From Botryllus schlosseri (Eukaryota), in contig CM119378.1 of NCBI GenBank assembly GCA_051294905.1, forward strand, positions 3,846,001 to 3,910,000: a stretch of 64,000 nucleotides of DNA. The letters run 5' to 3'. Below the pieces are notes generated by a model. That model was not told the origin of the DNA, did no database searches, and was given only the letters and a program-made list of their open reading frames with translations. Numbering within the stretch: position 1 is the stretch's first letter; each line of letters begins with the position of its first letter. Positions 62,487 to 64,000 of the stretch are shown in pieces. Both the position numbers and the translations under genes were made by a program.

Positions 62487-62620
62487 CCAATCAATCAGTT
62501 TTATTGATATTCCCATCATTTCAAAACATCACAAGACTGTGATACAATAAAAAGATAGGAAGGTGTCGAAACAACTTGGAGTAGCGAGATCAGACACCCA
62601 CCTTAGCCTAGGCGCAGTAA
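62487..62620 (-). mobile_element. CR1-group LINE extreme 3' end
   Basis: Matches 47394-47532. Confidence 0.8.
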
Positions 62621-62839
62621 AACAACTGTGCCAAGTTTCAAAGTGGGCACTCGATGATTAAGTTAGAAATTCAGTTAGCGAAGTTGAGTATGATTACCAT
62701 AGACACGCGCTGATCCGGCATCTATAGCATACACGGTATTGAAGCGCGTAAGTGTGCGCGCGTGCATTAACGAATTCGAGGCTGCAATACTTGATCATTT
62801 TCCGACGATGGATCCCCGAGGCTGCGATCCGCTCTGGTG

Positions 62840-64000
62840 ACATTCGCAGCGCAGTGAAGCAAAGCGCGATTGACTGTGCAAGCTGACGGTACCATGGGGT
62901 AGCGACAGCCAACATGTAATGCAGACAGAGAGGAAATATTTTCCGCTGACGGCGAGGGAGACATGACCTCGATTCCCTGTCGTTCAAGGAATTTTAACTA
63001 TTTTACGGGTTGTAATTATTCATATCTCCGTTTGTAAATAACAAGCTGATTACGGAAACGTATTTTGATAAAGCTAACACATCGAAGCAGAAAGATAAGC
63101 TCAGCGAAATCTTAAGCGCAAATATATATGCAACAATACGTTCAGGACGGGTTTATTGCTGGGATAGGTTACTTAATCCATTTGGAAGCATTCTCATTCA
63201 GGTAGGACCCACAACAACCCGTCTGACCCTGTCTTTGTCAGCGCAAATTTTAGGCCACGCGACTCCTTTGCAGACTGGTAGAATCGGATTCTGATTCACG
63301 AGATAGAATGGAGAATTTAGAAGAAAATGGCTGGAATGTGAAACGCAAAATATCGCAGGTCCGGTCGCCCGCCATTTTACGGATATCTTACCGTATTTCA
63401 ATTTGATCGATTTATCTTCTACAGTCGATAGAACGCTTCATCTCGGAACTGCAGTCGCGAAAGAAATCTCTGATCGAGGAAGTAGACGCGTTGGTGGCCA
63501 TAGAATGCAACCACAAGCACAAGATTCGGCAAACCATAAAAGTGAGTGAATCCACGAAAACAAAAACCATCCGTGACGCTGCAAAAAAACCTTCTCAGTT
63601 CACGAATGGAGACGAAAATGTCGTGCTGTCCGCAATACGCAATTACGGTGTCGTTTCCGCGCAACCGCAGCTCACATTGGAGGGTGACAGGGCCCCGGAA
63701 GGGGTCCCAAGAAGCACGAATGGCGACCCGCGCACATCAGGTTTGTTCGGATTTCGTTTTCGCATACTTAAATAGATTTTGCTCAGAATGGCAAGCATCG
63801 GGGAAGCATTCACGCTATATCCTGAATTGTTAATAGTATGATGCCGAGATTAGCTAATGCTACAATGACGCCTGTTTTTTATTGCAGTAAAAATATGTCG
63901 TTATAACCGACCTCGTAGCATTAGGTGGGATACCGTGATTCAGTTGGTGAATAATTCTTTATGCTGCATATCATGCACGCACACCACTATCGGTCAGAGG
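62840..64000. repeat. Unclassified dispersed repeat, copy C (runs off the window)
   Basis: Colinear with ~35146-36480, with internal deletions. Confidence 0.88.

Overview
AT-rich eukaryotic DNA, most likely an invertebrate metazoan (GT-AG introns, many only 53-72 bp; the species cannot be fixed from this window). Most entries in the ORF track are spurious. Two spliced + strand genes can be rebuilt by hand. (1) A 7-exon calumenin (CREC family) gene at 4652-8531: 312 aa, signal peptide, six EF-hands, C-terminal HDEF. (2) A gene for a six-bladed NHL-repeat beta-propeller ending at 22339. It has no visible RING, B-box or filamin domain, and its ~100-aa N-terminus reads either as cytosolic or as signal peptide + glycosylated pro-segment + furin site (RSKR). 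A duplicate of calumenin exons 2-7 (37318-40367) lacks exon 1 and carries a nonsense codon, so it is a pseudogene. The rest is densely nested transposon debris: about 20 hAT-type MITEs with readable 8-bp target-site duplications (TSDs), TA-TSD, Mutator-like and Chapaev-like elements, decayed hAT transposases, CR1-group and I-group LINE 3' ends, and an internally inverted Gypsy relic. There is also a near-perfect 2.08-kb tandem duplication with a templated junction and an unclassified ~2.1-kb repeat in three long copies. No CRISPR array, rRNA or complete tRNA was seen.
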